A DNA stretch of 64,000 bases, taken from contig DASVAS010000063.1 of NCBI GenBank assembly GCA_036376245.1, forward strand, positions 27,798-91,797. Reading direction: 5' to 3'. Source of the stretch: Thermoanaerobaculia bacterium. Lineage in GTDB: Bacteria; Acidobacteriota; Thermoanaerobaculia; Multivoradales; UBA5704. The notes below the pieces were generated by a model, which did no database searches, was not told where the DNA came from, and was given only the letters and a program-made list of their open reading frames with translations. The translations under genes were made by a program, and so were the position numbers. Shown here piece by piece: positions 9,701-15,891 of the stretch (within the stretch, counting starts at the first letter, position 1; each line of letters opens with the position of its first letter).

Positions 9701-9901
9701 GGGCTCGGTGACCGCCTTCTCCACCTGTTCCGGAGCGACGTCCGGATAAGCCGTCCAGACGACCAGGGAGGGGTAGCGGAGGGACGGCAGCAGCGCCACC
9801 GGCAGCCGGAACAAGGCCACCACCGCCAGGGCGAGGACCAGCAGGTAGAAGGCCGCCATGGCGACCGGCCGGCGGAGCAAGGCTCGGATCAGGGATTCCA
9901 C
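6782..9901 (-). CDS. RND-family efflux transporter permease
   Basis: 1039-aa ORF. The N-terminus MESLIRALLRRPVAMAAFYLLVLALAVVALFRLPVALLPSLRYPSLVVWTAYPDVAPEQVE is a typical AcrB/CzcA start. It lies 12 nt downstream of the adaptor gene. Confidence 0.9.
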   Translation of the reverse strand: MESLIRALLRRPVAMAAFYLLVLALAVVALFRLPVALLPSLRYPSLVVWTAYPDVAPEQVEKAVTEPVEEAVAGAAGLAGVTSRSQLGGSLVRLDFGWNADLDLAAIDVREKLDRLGGLLPERAERPLVLRIDPSDRPIMVLAVGLAGTATGASPPVPDLLRLKQAARDVVARRLEQLDGVARVRVTGGYEPEIEVAVSPARAAAYGIDLEKISGALRDANVSLAGGVVRRGPFRYAVEVSGELRDAGELAATIVSEHGQPPVRLYDVAEVREGTTRRRGLVRLDGGETLLLLVERRPDANTVQTARAVRDALGDLRAQLPGVRLAPVVDESVFIESAISGVVQSLIGGAVLTVMILLVFLRRPRALLAAAVAVPLSLALTLVLFELFGISFNLISLSGLALGVGLLLDNSTVVVENIARLRESGMDAWKAACRGTAEVAGPITASTLTTVAVFLPITFVEGLAGRLFRDQSLAIVCSVLSSLLVALTAVPLIAARDRTVTPDFTGQAGGLTLRLYERLLDVAVRRRWATLAATGLLLALTAAMALRLPREIVPEEEEGRVQVSLTLPTDADVELVSERAREIEAAAARWPEVRHVLADLGERDDARLDLEPRPVYRGDLTLVLAPGKTSADVLPRLRGLGLSPDIGIEARPVRPQLDALLAGSDVDLEIDLTAGNRSDAERSLGPLMAALRGRRELVNLARTDPEAVPAYRVELDRDAVARFGVRPPVLQTYLEAAARGREATRLRSVNDEIPVVLHAAAVDSIERLLAERIPAASGLLPLGSFVRAEAVQLPAVLLRSHQGPIVRLTADTAPGATLQDAVRAVEETAERAALPPSVRVRVGGANESFRSSLIAVGQSLLLSLLLVYLILAAQFESLLQPLVILSAVPLAAVGIVFCLALTGQSWNLMSLTACVVVVGIVDNDAIVKVDFINQARRSGLSLVEAIRAAGRNRFRPIVMNTLTTVLGLLPMSLGLGQGGGLQASLAITIVGGLLSATALTLVVVPVIYMLVDGGAERLRTRRPDPRRGEEDGTEPCAAA

Positions 9902-9913
9902 GGCGTCGCCTCC

Positions 9914-11164
9914 TCACCGCAGGGCGGCTGCCGTTTCACCGGCCAGCACGGTTTCGACCGGCGCCTCGTGCGCCAGGGAGAAGTGCCCGCCGGTGGCGAC
10001 GACATCCCCCGGCGAGAGGCCCTCTACGATCTCGACCAGGCCGCCCGCCTTGCGTCCCACCTGGACGTAGGTCCAGAGCGCCCGGCCCTCCTCGACCCGG
10101 AAGACCACGTCGCGTCCCTGGCGGACCAGCAACGCGCTCGCCGGCACCACCAGCCGGTCCGGCAGGCGCTCGGCCTCCAGCTCGACCGTGGTGAAGAGAC
10201 CGGTCAGCAGCAGGCGGCGGGGGTTGGGGATGGCGACCGTGACGCGGCCGGTGCCGGTCTCGGGGTCGATGCGGGGGTTGATGGTGTGAACCGTGCCTTC
10301 GAGCGTGAGGCCGCCGGCCGACGGGATGCGCACGCGGGCCGGCGCGCCCTTGCGGACGCGCACGATGTCCGCCTCCAAGACGTCCACGTCCACTTTGAGG
10401 CGGTCATCCTGGAGCAGGGTCATCAGCGCGTCCCCGGGGCCGACGTGCTGGCCCGCCTCCACCGCCAGGTCGGCGACACGGCCGGCGAAGGGGGCCAGGA
10501 TGCGGGTCCGCTCCAGGGCCAGACGGCCGCGCTCCACCTGCTGCTCGGCCTGGACAAGGCCGCTGGTGACGGCCCGCACCTCGCCCTGGCGGGAACCGGA
10601 GAGCAGCCGGTCCGCCTCGTAGCGCCGGCGCGCCTCGTCGAGGCTGCGCCGGGGGAGGAGCCCCTCCGCGACGAGCTTCTCCAGGCGGAGGATGTCGTCG
10701 GGAACGGCGGCCGGGGCGGGGCGGGCCTGCTGCGGCGCGGGCTGCTCGTAGTTCACGGCGTAGAAGGCCTGGCTCTTGAGGAGCTCCGCCCGGGCCTCCT
10801 CCAGCGCGACCAGATACTCGCGGTCGTCCAGCCGGACGAGGAGCGCTCCGGCGGCCACGGCGCCGCCCTCCTCCACGGAGCGCTGGACGACGCGCCCCGC
10901 CAGGTCCGCCCGGATCTCGACCTTGCGCCAGGGCTCCAGGTAACCGGTGGCCTCGACCCGCACCGGCAGGTCGGCCCGCCGCGCCCGCGCGGCCTCGACG
11001 CGGGCGGCCCGCGGCTCGGCGGCCACCGGGTCCACCGGCGGGCGGGGGACGGAGGCTTCGGAAGGACTCCTGGAGCTCCAGGCCAGGCCCCCGGTTGCGA
11101 GAGTCGCCAACAGCAGGGCGGCAACGGACCAGCGCAGGTTACGGTTCTTGACAGGGCTGCTCAT
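9914..11164 (-). CDS. RND efflux periplasmic adaptor (membrane fusion protein, HlyD-like)
   Basis: Trimmed to the ATG at 11164 (MSSPVKNRNLRWSVAALLLATLATGG signal/anchor, GGAGG SD). It has a coiled-coil hairpin and beta-barrel pattern (VEATGYLEPWRKVEIRADLAGRVV...). Confidence 0.85.
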   Translation of the reverse strand: MSSPVKNRNLRWSVAALLLATLATGGLAWSSRSPSEASVPRPPVDPVAAEPRAARVEAARARRADLPVRVEATGYLEPWRKVEIRADLAGRVVQRSVEEGGAVAAGALLVRLDDREYLVALEEARAELLKSQAFYAVNYEQPAPQQARPAPAAVPDDILRLEKLVAEGLLPRRSLDEARRRYEADRLLSGSRQGEVRAVTSGLVQAEQQVERGRLALERTRILAPFAGRVADLAVEAGQHVGPGDALMTLLQDDRLKVDVDVLEADIVRVRKGAPARVRIPSAGGLTLEGTVHTINPRIDPETGTGRVTVAIPNPRRLLLTGLFTTVELEAERLPDRLVVPASALLVRQGRDVVFRVEEGRALWTYVQVGRKAGGLVEIVEGLSPGDVVATGGHFSLAHEAPVETVLAGETAAALR

Positions 11165-11216
11165 GACTACCTCCGTTGTGGACCGCGGGCGGAAACTTGC
11201 CGAGGAGAAGCTGCGC

Positions 11217-11250
11217 GCGCCTCCGGCCGCCACAGGGAAGCCGGAGGCGC
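11217..11250 (-). terminator. GC-rich 11-bp stem-loop after the fulvocin-like gene (possible attenuator/partial terminator, no U-tract)
   Basis: gcgcctccggc (11217-11227) pairs perfectly with gccggaggcgc (11240-11250) around a 12-nt loop. The structure lies in the 94-nt gap between 11259 and 11164. Confidence 0.3.
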
Positions 11251-11258
11251 CGTTTGCA

Positions 11259-11990
11259 TCAGGTCGCGGCGTTCACTTTGCAGGAACCGTCACAGTCATA
11301 GGTCCAGAACGTTCCGCACTCGTCGGAGATGCGGATGCAGCCGCCCCCAGTGCAATTGAATCCGGAGCTGCAGTAATCAGAGGCATCGCTGCAACTGCAA
11401 CCGGTGTCCGGGGCGGGCTGCTGCTGGCCGGACGTAAGCTCCTCCACCATCTGCAGGCCCGGGACGATCGCCTCGGCTTTCTGACGGTCGATGAAGTAGA
11501 GGGTGTCCGTATCCGCCGGACCGATACGGGCAAAGATTCTGGCGGCACGGTCGGCGCCGAAGGCCTCCTTGGCTCGGGTTTCCAGACTTTCGACCCGGCT
11601 CCGCATCTGTCGATACTTGAGGCTGGAACGGTCCCTGGTGGCGGCGAAGGTGTCCGGCGTCGCCAGTTGAACAGCTTCCAGCAAAAGCGCCTTTTGCGCC
11701 GGCGTCAGCTCCGTCTCCATCTCCAGAACCCGTTCCAGCTGAGTCCGCCAGATCCGGCTCTTGGCGGCGGCCGGCAGGGCCGCGTAGGCCGCCCGCCGAT
11801 AGGCCAGCGGCATGACGGAGAGCTCTTCATAGGTCTGCGGCAGATTTCCTCTGTTCGCCGCCGCCCATTCGTGGGCTTCGGAGCGGCAGATGCGTTGCGC
11901 GAACGCAGAGCCCGGCAACGCCAGGACGATACCGAGGGAAAGCAGCAGGGCGGTACGGCGGACACACTTCGAGCGGGAACTGGCGTTCAT
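11259..11990 (-). CDS. Fulvocin-C-related pro-bacteriocin: signal peptide + ~170-aa helical pro-region + 8-Cys C-terminal domain
   Basis: Trimmed to the ATG at 11990 (AGGAG SD). The signal is MNASSRSKCVRRTALLLSLGIVLALPGSAFA|Q. The C-terminus CSCSDASDYCSSGFNCTGGGCIRISDECGTFWTYDCDGSCKVN carries a CSCS-ASDYC signature and 8 Cys, as I recall for fulvocin C of Myxococcus fulvus. Confidence 0.7.
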   Translation of the reverse strand: MNASSRSKCVRRTALLLSLGIVLALPGSAFAQRICRSEAHEWAAANRGNLPQTYEELSVMPLAYRRAAYAALPAAAKSRIWRTQLERVLEMETELTPAQKALLLEAVQLATPDTFAATRDRSSLKYRQMRSRVESLETRAKEAFGADRAARIFARIGPADTDTLYFIDRQKAEAIVPGLQMVEELTSGQQQPAPDTGCSCSDASDYCSSGFNCTGGGCIRISDECGTFWTYDCDGSCKVNAAT

Positions 11991-12046
11991 GGATTTCCTC
12001 TCCTTTCTGTTTATCGACCTGGAATGAGAATCGAGTCTTCGGCGAC

Positions 12047-12253
12047 TCAACTACCTGGAGGCGGTGGCGGCGGAGGCGCGTACACGTTGCAGGTGAACTC
12101 CGTGCAGGGGGGAACAAGATCATCGACCAGCCCTCCCAGCACCCGCGACAGAAGCTCCTCCAGAAGCTCCGCGCTGTCGACATCCCGCCGCTCCACACGG
12201 AACAGGGCGCGATTCAGAACGGTATCCTGACAGGGAACTGTTCTCTTTTTCAT
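12047..12253 (-). CDS. Candidate RiPP precursor peptide (68 aa): helical leader, GG motif, Cys-containing core, hepta-proline tail
   Basis: The sequence is MKKRTVPCQDTVLNRALFRVERRDVDSAELLEELLSRVLGG|LVDDLVPPCTEFTCNVYAPPPPPPPGS. A GGGAGGG SD lies 4 nt before the ATG. The gene has its own sigma-54 promoter and sits 262 nt downstream of a radical SAM/SPASM gene. Confidence 0.7.
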   Translation of the reverse strand: MKKRTVPCQDTVLNRALFRVERRDVDSAELLEELLSRVLGGLVDDLVPPCTEFTCNVYAPPPPPPPGS

Positions 12254-12320
12254 TCTACCCTCCCTGAACCTTTGCTGCGTGTTTCTTATCGATCATCTTT
12301 CCCTTGCGCCATCTCTACAG

Positions 12321-12336
12321 TGCAAGCGCCTTGCCA
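12321..12336 (-). promoter_or_regulatory. Sigma-54 (-24/-12) promoter for the precursor peptide / fulvocin-like genes
   Basis: The minus strand reads TGGCAAGGCGCTTGCA. This matches TGGCAC-N5-TTGCA with exact GG-N10-GC spacing, about 68 nt upstream of the ATG at 12253. Confidence 0.75.
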
Positions 12337-12386
12337 GGCTGAAGAGAGGGAAAAGCCTTGTTTCAAGCCTGTTTAAGGCACAGACG

Positions 12387-12402
12387 GGGTAACCGGTTAC
12401 CC
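12387..12402. promoter_or_regulatory. Perfect 16-bp palindrome GGGTAACCGGTTACCC; candidate enhancer-binding-protein site (UAS)
   Basis: Read directly from the sequence. It lies about 50 bp upstream of the sigma-54 promoter at 12321-12336 and shares GGGTA-N6-TACCC with the two dyads at 14122-14158. An extra half-site GGGTAAC lies at 12409-12415. Confidence 0.7.
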
Positions 12403-12443
12403 ATCGGCGGGTAACGGATGACACCATGAAAGCTGATCAATAG

Positions 12444-12475
12444 AAACCAAAAAAACGGGGCGGCAGCGCCGCCCG
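12444..12475 (-). terminator. Rho-independent terminator after the radical SAM gene
   Basis: The minus strand reads CGGGCGGCGCTGCCGCCCCG followed by TTTTTTTGGTTT. This is a GC stem (gggcggc/gccgccc) with a short loop and a U-tract, 40 nt after the stop at 12515. Confidence 0.75.
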
Positions 12476-12514
12476 GAAGGTATCGATGCAGAAAAGGGAA
12501 GGATTCTGGAAGGA

Positions 12515-14014
12515 TCAGAGATCGCAGACCCGCGCGCCCAGGGCGGCGGCGGGAGATCCGGCGGCGTGCGCCAGGTAGGCCTCGGCGACGCTCGCCTTGA
12601 ACCGGGAGGCGAAACCGTCGCAGTAATTCGAGTGGAACTTGCCGCTGCCGGCGAGCGCCAGCACGGCGCAGCCGCCGCCGCAGTGGAGGGCGTAGCGGCA
12701 GCGGCGGCAGGTCGGATTGGATGCCACCGTCCGGCTGCGCCAGAGCTCGGACTGATCTTCCTTCAATTCCACGTGACCGTCCGGCAGCACGCAGCCGATC
12801 CGCACATTGCGGTCCCCGGTGCGCTCCCAGCAGGCGTAGATGTCGCCGAACGGATCGAAGATGTACATCTTGTCGTGGGCGCTGCAGAAGCTCGGCCGCA
12901 GGCTCGGCAATACATTGCCGGGCGAGTCGAAGATCCGCCGGGCGCGGACGCGCAACCCCTCGTCCGGCCGCGCCAGCACCGCCACGTCCGGATGCTCCTC
13001 GCGCAACCGCGTCAGCTCGCGGTCGAGATCCCAGGAGCTGAAGACGCCGCCGCGATCGGTCTTGCCGTTGCCGGCGCGGACCGGCGAGGTATAGGCCGAG
13101 AAGCGCGGGTGGCGGTGCCAGCCCTGGGCGACGATCTCCGCCGCCAGCGCCGGCAGGTTGGCGAGGTTCGCCCGGTCGACGTTGATGCGGACGCTGACCG
13201 CGGCGCCCCGCTCCAGAGCCATGGTGATGTTGGCGGCGATCCTGGCGTAGGAGCCGGAGCCGTCGGCGTGGATGCGCCGCTGGTCGTGCTCCCGCGGCGG
13301 ACCGTCCAGCGTGATCTGGAGGGCCGCGATGCCGGCCGGCCCCAGAAGGTCGGCGTAGGCGTCGATCTCGGTGCCGTTGGTGACCGCCCAGAGGTCCGCC
13401 TCGCCCATCTCGAAGGCGCGGGCCAGGATGTGCTCGACGACCGGCCGGTGGGCCGCCAGCAGCGGCTCGCCGCCGAAGAAGCCGATGTTGCGCCGCCGCC
13501 GCGCTCCGGGCTCCAGGCCGTGGCGCTCCTCGATCCGCGGCAGCGCCGCGAAGATGCGGTCGACCATCGCCGGCCGCATGGTGCGCAGCAGGTGCTTGAA
13601 GCCGCAGTCGGTCCGCATGTGGTCCTGATAACAGTACGAACATCGCAGATTGCAGTCGTAGGTCGGCATGAAGATGTAGCTCGGCGGCTGCCGCAGGGCG
13701 CGGGCGTGGAGCGCCTCGGCGAGCCGGGAGAAAAAGGTTTCTTCTTCCTCCCGCGAGAGATCGGTGAGGTATCCCTGCCGGCGCAGGAGGTCGATCGTCG
13801 CGTCCGCGGGCTGCTCCGCCTCGGCGGCCTCCGGCTCCGGGCTCCAATCGCCGTAGAGGGGCTTCTCGGCCCCCCTGCCCTGGCGTGAGCGAAGGAAGCC
13901 GGCCACCTCGCGGGACACCTTGTCGTGGGCGCCGGTGTAGCCGTGTACCAGGAGGACCTCTTCCTCGTTGTCCGGCAGGTTCACATAGATCGTATAGCTG
14001 CTGGTCCGGAGCAT
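12515..14014 (-). CDS. Radical SAM/SPASM-domain peptide maturase with N-terminal RRE-like domain
   Basis: Trimmed to the ATG at 14014 (MLRTSSYTIYVNLPDNEEEVLLVHGYTGA..., AAGGAG SD). The radical SAM cluster motif is YDCNLRCSYCYQ (CxxxCxxC). The C-terminal SPASM motif is CRRCRYALHCGGGC (Cx2Cx5Cx3C), with an upstream CSAHDK...YACW. Confidence 0.85.
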   Translation of the reverse strand: MLRTSSYTIYVNLPDNEEEVLLVHGYTGAHDKVSREVAGFLRSRQGRGAEKPLYGDWSPEPEAAEAEQPADATIDLLRRQGYLTDLSREEEETFFSRLAEALHARALRQPPSYIFMPTYDCNLRCSYCYQDHMRTDCGFKHLLRTMRPAMVDRIFAALPRIEERHGLEPGARRRRNIGFFGGEPLLAAHRPVVEHILARAFEMGEADLWAVTNGTEIDAYADLLGPAGIAALQITLDGPPREHDQRRIHADGSGSYARIAANITMALERGAAVSVRINVDRANLANLPALAAEIVAQGWHRHPRFSAYTSPVRAGNGKTDRGGVFSSWDLDRELTRLREEHPDVAVLARPDEGLRVRARRIFDSPGNVLPSLRPSFCSAHDKMYIFDPFGDIYACWERTGDRNVRIGCVLPDGHVELKEDQSELWRSRTVASNPTCRRCRYALHCGGGCAVLALAGSGKFHSNYCDGFASRFKASVAEAYLAHAAGSPAAALGARVCDL

Positions 14015-14063
14015 GGCGGGAACTCCTTTCGAGGATACGAACCGCTCGGCGGCAGGGTCCGGG

Positions 14064-14079
14064 TGCAAGCGATGGACCA
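14064..14079 (-). promoter_or_regulatory. Sigma-54 (-24/-12) promoter for the radical SAM maturase
   Basis: The minus strand reads TGGTCCATCGCTTGCA with exact GG-N10-GC spacing and a TTGCA -12 element, 50 nt upstream of the ATG at 14014. Confidence 0.7.
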
Positions 14080-14121
14080 GGCCGGCGCGCGAGGAAGCGG
14101 AACCCCTCGACGCCGAAAATT

Positions 14122-14158
14122 GGGTAATCCATTACCCACAACGGGTAAACTGATACCC
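14122..14158. promoter_or_regulatory. Two dyads GGGTAATCCATTACCC and GGGTAAACTGATACCC (centres 21 bp apart); candidate shared UAS for divergent sigma-54 promoters
   Basis: Read directly at 14122-14137 and 14143-14158. Both fit GGGTA-N6-TACCC. They lie midway between the minus-strand promoter (14064-14079) and the plus-strand promoter (14202-14217). Confidence 0.7.
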
Positions 14159-14201
14159 GTTTGAAACGCGGCACGAACGGGCTCCCTCCGTGGCGATGGC
14201 A

Positions 14202-14217
14202 TGGCACAGCGGGTGCA
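14202..14217 (+). promoter_or_regulatory. Sigma-54 (-24/-12) promoter for the ABC-2 transporter operon
   Basis: The plus strand reads TGGCACAGCGGGTGCA. It has a perfect TGGCAC -24 element, exact GG-N10-GC spacing and a GTGCA -12 element. Confidence 0.7.
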
Positions 14218-14283
14218 ATTCCGTGCGCCGAGTCCATGGCGCGGATCGAAAACCTAGGAGGAGAAGAGAGCGGGGCGACGACG

Positions 14284-15891
14284 ATGCTGGGCGCCTGCAT
14301 CAGAAAGGAAATCCTCTGCCACCTGGCCAGCGTCCGCTTCTGGGTGGCGACGCTGATCACGGTGATCCTCGCCGCCGGGGCGACTCTGGTGGCGGCGCGG
14401 GATTACGAGTCGCGCCTGGAACGGTACGAAGACCGCCTCGCGGCCCAGCAGCGGGAGCTCCGGAACGTTTCGGTCTACTCCTTCCTCCAGCCGGTCGTCC
14501 TGCGGCCGCCGGAGCCTCTCAGCGTGCTCGATCAGGGTTTCGACGCGCGCCTGGGGACGGAGGTGAGGATCCACCTCTTCGGGATCCCCACCCATGCCAC
14601 CGGGAGCTCGCGGGGCAACGAGCTCCTGGCGGGCCTGCCCGCCGCCGAGGTGGACCTCACGACCATCGTCTCCGTGATCCTGGGATTGCTGGCGCTGCTC
14701 CTCGCCTGCGACGCCGTCACATGCGAGCGGGAGGAGGGTACCCTGCGGACCCTGCTCGCCCAGGGGGTCTCCCGCCGCGTCGTCCTGGCGGGGAAGGCGC
14801 TCGGCGGGCTGCTTACGCTCTGCCTGGCCCTCACGGCGGCGCTCGGCGTCAGCTTCGCCGTCCTGACCCCCACCGTGGGCTGGGAGCCCTATGCGGGCCG
14901 CGGTCTCCGGATGGCTGGACTGGTGGCGTCCTACCTGCTCTACCTGGCTCTCATGTTCCTGCTGGGGCTGCTCATCTCGCTGCGCGCGCGGAGCAGCGCG
15001 CGGGCCCTGGTCGTCGCCGTCCTCCTCTGGCTCGTCACCGTCGTGGTCCTGCCCCAGGTGGCCTGGACGGCGGCGGCCAGCCTCGTGGACACCCAGGAGG
15101 CGGCGAGCCGGACGGAGGTCCGGGAACGCCGGCTCGCCGAAAGTGAACGCCGGCGGCTCGGAGAGGCCTTCGCCCGGCACCCTCTGCGCCGGGCCTTCAG
15201 CGGACACACGGCGATCTCCTACACCGCGGGCTCCCATGGGGGAGTCCGCTATCGGAACGGCTCGGCCGCGTACTATGACGCGCTCCGGGAGTACTACGGC
15301 TTCGCGGTCAGATCCGGTCTCCTGCAGGCGGAGCAATCCTACGCGACGCATCGGCGGTATGAGGAGCGCCTGCGGCAAGCGGAGCGGCTCGGTTTCTGGC
15401 TCTCCGCCGCCTCTCCGGCGGTCCTGCTGGACCGCCTTTCGGAGTCCTTCGCCGGCACCTCCTTCGAGGACCACGACGCGTTCCTCGCGGAAAGCCGGCG
15501 GTACCGGCAGACACTCCTCACGTTTCTCACCCGCCAGAGCGCTTTTCGTTCCTGGCGCTGGTTCACCGACGATCCGCCGGAGCGCCTGTACCCCTGGCCC
15601 CGGTTCCTGGGACTGCGCCCCGAAGAAGTCGACGCGGCCCGCGTCCACCTGCTGTTCAACCGCCTGAGCTCGGCGGCAATCCAGCCGAAGCTCCAGCTCC
15701 AGAGGAGCGCGGCCGAGGCCGATCCCTCCCGGCGTCTCGACCTGGCCGGTCTGCCGGGGTTCGCCTACCGCGGCCCGAAGCTGCGCGATTGCCTGTGCCG
15801 TGCCGCCCCGGAAGGCCTCTTCCTCCTGCTGCTCGTCATCCTGACGGGCGCCGCGGCCTGGAGCCGTTTCGTCAGGTACCCGGTGAGGTGA
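14284..15891 (+). CDS. ABC-2-type transporter permease with long C-terminal extension
   Basis: The chosen start is the ATG at 14284 (MLGACIRKEILCHLASVRFWVATLITVIL, a typical ABC-2/NosY-like N-terminus), downstream of the sigma-54 promoter. The ATG at 14236 is an alternative. Multiple TM helices are followed by a helical soluble region and a last TM. Confidence 0.7.
   Translation: MLGACIRKEILCHLASVRFWVATLITVILAAGATLVAARDYESRLERYEDRLAAQQRELRNVSVYSFLQPVVLRPPEPLSVLDQGFDARLGTEVRIHLFGIPTHATGSSRGNELLAGLPAAEVDLTTIVSVILGLLALLLACDAVTCEREEGTLRTLLAQGVSRRVVLAGKALGGLLTLCLALTAALGVSFAVLTPTVGWEPYAGRGLRMAGLVASYLLYLALMFLLGLLISLRARSSARALVVAVLLWLVTVVVLPQVAWTAAASLVDTQEAASRTEVRERRLAESERRRLGEAFARHPLRRAFSGHTAISYTAGSHGGVRYRNGSAAYYDALREYYGFAVRSGLLQAEQSYATHRRYEERLRQAERLGFWLSAASPAVLLDRLSESFAGTSFEDHDAFLAESRRYRQTLLTFLTRQSAFRSWRWFTDDPPERLYPWPRFLGLRPEEVDAARVHLLFNRLSSAAIQPKLQLQRSAAEADPSRRLDLAGLPGFAYRGPKLRDCLCRAAPEGLFLLLLVILTGAAAWSRFVRYPVR

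Noticed and set aside
6680-11359. 1559-aa plus-strand ORF spanning the RND/MFP region
   Set aside because: It is antisense to two genes with clear RND and adaptor family features. Its translation is low-complexity (R/G/A/P/D/Q-rich) with no recognisable motifs, so it is a typical high-GC shadow ORF.
12254-12443. Additional short ORF (about 45 codons, MVSSVTRRWVTGYPVCALNRLE...) between the rSAM gene and the 68-aa peptide
   Set aside because: It runs straight through the palindromic operator and the sigma-54 promoter, has no SD, and its composition looks non-coding.
12363-14360. 665-aa minus-strand ORF overlapping the radical SAM gene
   Set aside because: It is out of frame with respect to the ORF that carries CxxxCxxC and SPASM motifs, and it is R/P/G-rich.
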